Both the position numbers and the translations under genes were made by a program. A DNA stretch of 56,688 nt from Bigelowiella natans CCMP2755 (taxonomy: Eukaryota > Protista > Cercozoa), in contig ADNK01000138.1 of assembly GCA_000320545.1 (NCBI GenBank), forward strand, positions 1 to 56,688. Direction: 5' to 3'. The notes under the pieces were generated by a model. The model ran no database searches, was not told the DNA's origin, and worked only from the letters and a program-made list of their open reading frames with translations. Below are positions 51,930 through 56,688 of the stretch, piece by piece. Positions within the stretch are counted from its first letter, which is position 1. Each line of letters begins with the position of its first letter.

Positions 51930-51961
<32 letters not shown>

Positions 51962-52103
51962 TTTGTCTCATAACATTGATTTATTTTTCAATTTATCACT
52001 TAACATCAACACTATCAAACACATCCACAGAGTAAATAAGGAGGAGAAGGAGGAGGAGGAGGAGGAGGAGGGCACTATACAAAAAATATTTATTAAATAT
52101 TTT

Positions 52104-52143
<40 letters not shown>

Positions 52144-53707
52144 AGATATTCAAGACATTCGTCTATTTTTTGCTGTTGTCACGTTGTTTCTCACCGCCTC
52201 GTTCCTTCTCTTTTCATCGTCGTCATCGTCTTATATATCAGCTATGGGCTGGGGGTGGGTAGTTGATTTGTGGCTCGCAAACAGTCATCAGTCATCAAAG
52301 AGGATATCATCGAATACGGTAGTAGTCTGTGCGTGTGTGTGAGTATGTGAGTGTGTGCATATTTATTTGTTTGTGTGGGGGGTGTTGTACGGAAAATGAC
52401 TAATTTAATGGTAGTGTTATTGATGCAAAATGTCATTATCAACCTACTGCGTTTGGTAGTGGTCTAGTATTTGAATATTGTCAAGGCAAACTGTTGGTTG
52501 TGCTGCTACATAAAATGATGACGTTGTACGTTCAATTTCGATGCTGTTGCTGCTGCTGCTGCTGCTGCCTGTATCGTAGTATAGTAGTAGTAGTAGTAGT
52601 AGTAGTAGTATATGCCTACTGCTACTACTACTACATAGCTACTACCACCACCACCACACCTGCTACTTCTTCAGATCTATGCACCTGCTACATATTTTTA
52701 TATTTAATTAAATACACGTCATTCATTGCGCACAATTACCTCTTCTCTTTCCTTTCTCTCTTTACATATGTGTGTTCTTCTTCTTAGATACGTAAAGTCG
52801 CTACAGCAGTAGGGTTCATGGGTGGGGCAGTTGGCCTGATGTTGTTTTGTGCTGCATCGACCCCTCACGTGGCCATTTTGCTGCTATGTGGAACGTTCTT
52901 GTAAGTAGTATATTTTCAGTGCGTTGTTTATGCTCCTTGATGTGCTCGTATTCGTAGCTATTAGCATCATCTTTGATGAGAAATAACAATATACCAAACA
53001 GTACGTACGTCACAGTGATGGTTAATTTTGAAGGTATATTATATGTTGATTGATTGGATTGTTAGCATATCTTCTCTATCTCTCTGTGGCTGGGAAGCTG
53101 CAAAGCTCAATGCTCTAGACTCCTCAAAGGTATATTATTATCATTATTATTAAGAGTAGTACTAGTAGCATTAGTATTATGAAGAAGACAACAACAACAA
53201 CAACTGCACCAGTTTGTAGCAGTGAGTAGTTGTGGGAGAACGATTCTACTAATCCCTACGATTCTACTAATCCCTTTACATATCACGATGACTTTTACGT
53301 AATATGCTCATTATCTACATCCACATCCCACACATTACGATTAAGATAAGATGATGATGATGATGATGACGATTGAGAATCATATGAGAAAGCATGCCAA
53401 TAAGGGGGTTAAGCTGTGACGCTACTAAACACCTCTAGATCTGGCCTGTATTTCCTCTACAGTTTGATTTAAATTCGTTCTTATTTTTGTTCTTATTGTT
53501 ATTCTTCTGCTTTCGTCTACTACTGACCTGTAGGCTGGAATGCTTCAGGGGGTTTCAAATACGATTTCCAATTTTGCAGGAGTCATTGGTGTGCCTCTTG
53601 CATCGTATATTAAAGAGATGACCGACTCCTGGGAAGCTGTATGGATTATGTGTGCGACTGTATGGGTTGCAGCAGCCATCGTCTACATTTTGGTAATGCT
53701 TGTAGTT

Positions 53708-53739
<32 letters not shown>

Positions 53740-53759
53740 GGTGGTGGTAATTCAAGCAC

Positions 53760-53799
<40 letters not shown>

Positions 53800-54049
53800 G
53801 AATGATGTTCATATGATGATGATGATAATGATGATGATGATGATGATGATGATGGACCCTATATTCAACGAAAGTAATACTTATACTGAATTCAACAATC
53901 ATCCTAGGGTCATCATCATTTTCCCTGATCATAGCTCACCCTGTATGTTATTTGCATGTGCTCAGTTCGCAGCAGGTAATAATAATGATGACAAGTCAGG
54001 AGATTACTCTATCGTCAATGCTGTCTCACGGAAGCAATCTTCAGTATGA
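49479..54049 (+). CDS. MFS anion:cation symporter (SLC17/PHT4/sialin-like) transporter
   Basis: Spliced GQVLGAFFYGYVLSQVAGAYLAQLYGGK, GRILLGFSEGMAFP, WVPKSESSR, GWESVFYVFG, WLPTYL, ALPYL, IRKVATAVG, GVSNTISNFAG. Stop at 54047-54049; start approximate. Confidence 0.88.
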
Positions 54050-54201
54050 TGATGAGAAGGTAAAAGTTAGAGAATAAGAAACATGGATTATTTGTGTACG
54101 GAAAGTAGTACAGTGATAAGTAAAGCCCAGATGGCGGTATTTACCTGCATGCACATTTAATGATGCTTACGACACGTACCTACTGCATGAGCTGCTAGAT
54201 A

Positions 54202-54236
<35 letters not shown>

Positions 54237-54810
54237 GTGGTGGTGCTTGAGATGAGATGTAGTATAGTAGTAGTCTGTGTACCTGCTGCTTTATATCTAT
54301 GCATGTAGTACGTACGTAGCGCTTGGCGTCATTGCATAATGTTATAAGACTTATGCTGCATCATATAATGCGTGGCGGACATGATTATCGTGAACGTTGT
54401 AGCTTATATTTACCGTTCAAAACATTTCACCGCATAGCTAAAAGAGACATATCAAATAGCCATGATGCCTCTGGCGTACTAATATAGTAATGTACGGTCT
54501 TCACGATTCACAAAGCAGAGTGCCAAGCTTTGCAAAGAGCATTTAGTTAGCCGCTGATGAGATACGGCGAGAACCAAGAGCAAAAGTGGCGCTATGCAGC
54601 GAGTGCAACAACAATCGTCGCTCTCATCGTTAGTTTGTTGCTGCTTGGGTGAAAATCGTGACACACGACATTCCATGGCTATGAGGGTGCACGCACTACG
54701 TCGAAAATCAATTATTAGTGAATAAAAGACAAACAGCATGCATACTCTGATGGTGAATCAGAAAGGATGTAGGTGTCGCAGTTGGTCATTTTACGGATTG
54801 TAGGGTAAAC

Positions 54811-55385
54811 ATGGTGGTCAAATTACTTCCAGGCTTCAGGTAGTACCCATTATGACACATTAAATTGATTCTCCGCCGACTATCATGATCACATGATGTA
54901 AATTATTCATCATGAAACTACTAGCTGTGCTGATATCTTCTGGAGACGACATCTGGGATCACAGCATCCTCCCTCCCTCCCTTTGATTGATAAAGAAGAA
55001 TTCTCCTTTTACTTTGGAACTGGAAACTTGGGATCTAGGGGGCAGAATGGTGATCTGGTATACAACTGCTGTAACCAAGAACAAACCGCATGTGCTGGAC
55101 ATGGCCGCAGCTACACATCACATATCATATATCAAAGTTTTAGTTATTTTGAAGAAGCTCGACTACTATTTTAGGGTTCCGGACATGGAGCAAGCTTAAA
55201 TATCTCATCAGAGAAAAACGATGATGAATAGAGAGACAGACAGATAGACAGCAGCCAAGGTTGGAAACTAGAACAACAACAGCAACTATCCGGGGGCAAC
55301 ACATAGTTTAAAGAAACAATACGGCACACACACATATGCAAGCGCGTGCTTGTAGGCGGTGTATCTATTATATCCATTGCCAAGG

Positions 55386-55426
<41 letters not shown>

Positions 55427-55804
55427 ATTAGTAAAAATTAGAAATTCCTTCTCCATTTTCTAGGTTGTTTGTTTGTCACAATTATTAATAGTACCCAGAT
55501 AGCAGAGCCTTCTTCATCCTTCTGGCAGCCGTAGTTTACCCAATACACCTAAACATTTTTTGTATTAGTGGTGCTATAGCAGCAGCAATAGTAGTAGTAG
55601 TAGTGGTAATTGTGCTTATGATATTAAGAAGAAAACGCAAATGTATGGGCATGCGGATATAAATTTATAGTAAAATCCTGCTTGTGCCATCATAACCCAC
55701 CTCGTTAGCCAACCACCACATCAAGCTTTCCATTACTTGAACACACTATTAATGTGAGATCATATACACACATCCATTACTTGAACACACTATTATTGTG
55801 AGAT

Positions 55805-55837
<33 letters not shown>

Positions 55838-55943
55838 CGTTGCACGATTTTTAATCGTCAGTTTTGGCACACTAGATCATAATTAGAAAGAATAGCTCAA
55901 GATGCTGGTATTTTTCTACTTGAGCTGCCTGCTGCTGTTGGTA

Positions 55944-55982
<39 letters not shown>

Positions 55983-56065
55983 CGATCTTTGGTAATTTGG
56001 ATCTTTTAGCCCACGGCAGAGGTAGGGTTGTCTTTGCATTTTGTTGTCCAGAACATAGGTGCAGA

Positions 56066-56131
<66 letters not shown>

Positions 56132-56200
56132 ATTTAATAATGGCATCATTAAGAACGCTAAGGGAGACAGTATACCACCTTCACACGCAGGTATGAAAAT
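54811..56200 (+). CDS. Partial multi-exon hypothetical protein running into the window end
   Basis: Candidate AG..GT exons EFSFYFGTGNLGSRGQNGDL, GGVSIISIAKD, GCLFVTIINSTQIAEPSSSFWQP, ENANVWACGYKFI, IAQDAGIFLLELPAAV. Frames not fully resolved. Confidence 0.3.
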
Positions 56201-56687
56201 GGATATAGGATGATAGAGAGACAGACAGATAGACAGCAGCCAAGGTTGGAAACTAGAACAACAACAGCAACTATCCGGGGGCAACACATAGTTTAAAGAA
56301 ACAATACGGCACACACACATATGCAAGCGCGTGCTTGTAGGCGGTGTATCTATTATATCCATTGCCAAGGATGTGTGTGTGTGTGTGTGGGTGTGTGTTT
56401 TTACACTATGTGTCGCCCGGGGAGAGTTGGTGTTTTTTTTCCATTTTCTAGCTGGGGGGGGTGTGTCTGTGTGTGTCTCTCTATATATATTTGAGTCTTG
56501 TGCATCCGGGGGGCGGGGGGGATTCACTTGCGCGCGAGAGCGTTTTTTGTATTAGTGGTGCTATAGCTGCATAATAGTAGTATTAGTAGTGGTAATTGTG
56601 CTTATGATATTAAGAAGAAAACTCATTTGTATGGGCATGCTTGATATAAATTTATAGGAAAATCCTGCTTGGCCATCATAACCCACC
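55228..56687 (+). repeat. ~470-bp direct duplication (55228-55701 versus 56213-56687); second copy garbled after the (GT)n tract
   Basis: First ~165 bp identical; after the GT repeat the second copy degrades and then resynchronises (ttttttgtattagtggtgctatagc...). Confidence 0.85.
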
Positions 56688-56688
56688 C

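Larger units (their letters stand above)
4589..56130. repeat. Pervasive microsatellites: (CA)n, (TA)n, (GA)n, (TAG/CTA)n, (GAT/ATC)n, (CTT)n, (GGA)n, (CAG)n, (CAA)n; mostly intronic, some exonic
   Basis: Directly visible throughout; sparse in ~20900-23900 and absent from 36900-40900. Confidence 0.95.

Noticed and set aside
56213-56688. Terminal duplication as a diverged paralog or novel repeat
   Set aside because: Perfect identity up to a (GT)n tract, followed by garble and resynchronisation, is typical of a low-quality read or misassembly at a contig end. Raw reads are needed to decide.
1-56688. tRNA, rRNA or telomeric repeats
   Set aside because: None recognised by eye; tRNAscan-SE or Infernal would be needed to exclude them.

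Overview
Eukaryotic nuclear DNA from an intron-rich, microsatellite-dense protist or alga. The style is compatible with a chlorarachniophyte such as Bigelowiella, but the taxon cannot be proven from this window. About 11 spliced genes can be pieced together by hand: PDX2 (PLP synthase glutaminase), a tandem-PHD finger + PhyH-type 2OG-Fe(II) dioxygenase fusion, a CTP-dependent DGK1/dolichol-kinase-family protein, an SLC17/ACS-family MFS transporter, a two-PDZ protein with an acidic tail, and several hypothetical proteins. The main unexplained signal is local erasure of the TpA dinucleotide in repeat and transposon DNA. By manual count, 37076-40498 (3.4 kb, containing a hAT-type element with TIRs and an 8-bp TSD) has only 4 TpA, three of them inside CTAG, against roughly 200 expected. 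Weaker islands lie at ~1300-2480, ~10950-11715, ~22990-23470 and ~28560-29710. Mismatches between TIRs, hairpin arms and tandem copies fall repeatedly at TA versus TG/CA. This suggests a repeat-targeted A-to-G (T-to-C) hypermutation system, the mirror image of fungal RIP, that spares CTAG. Gene boundaries come from manual splicing and are approximate unless stated.
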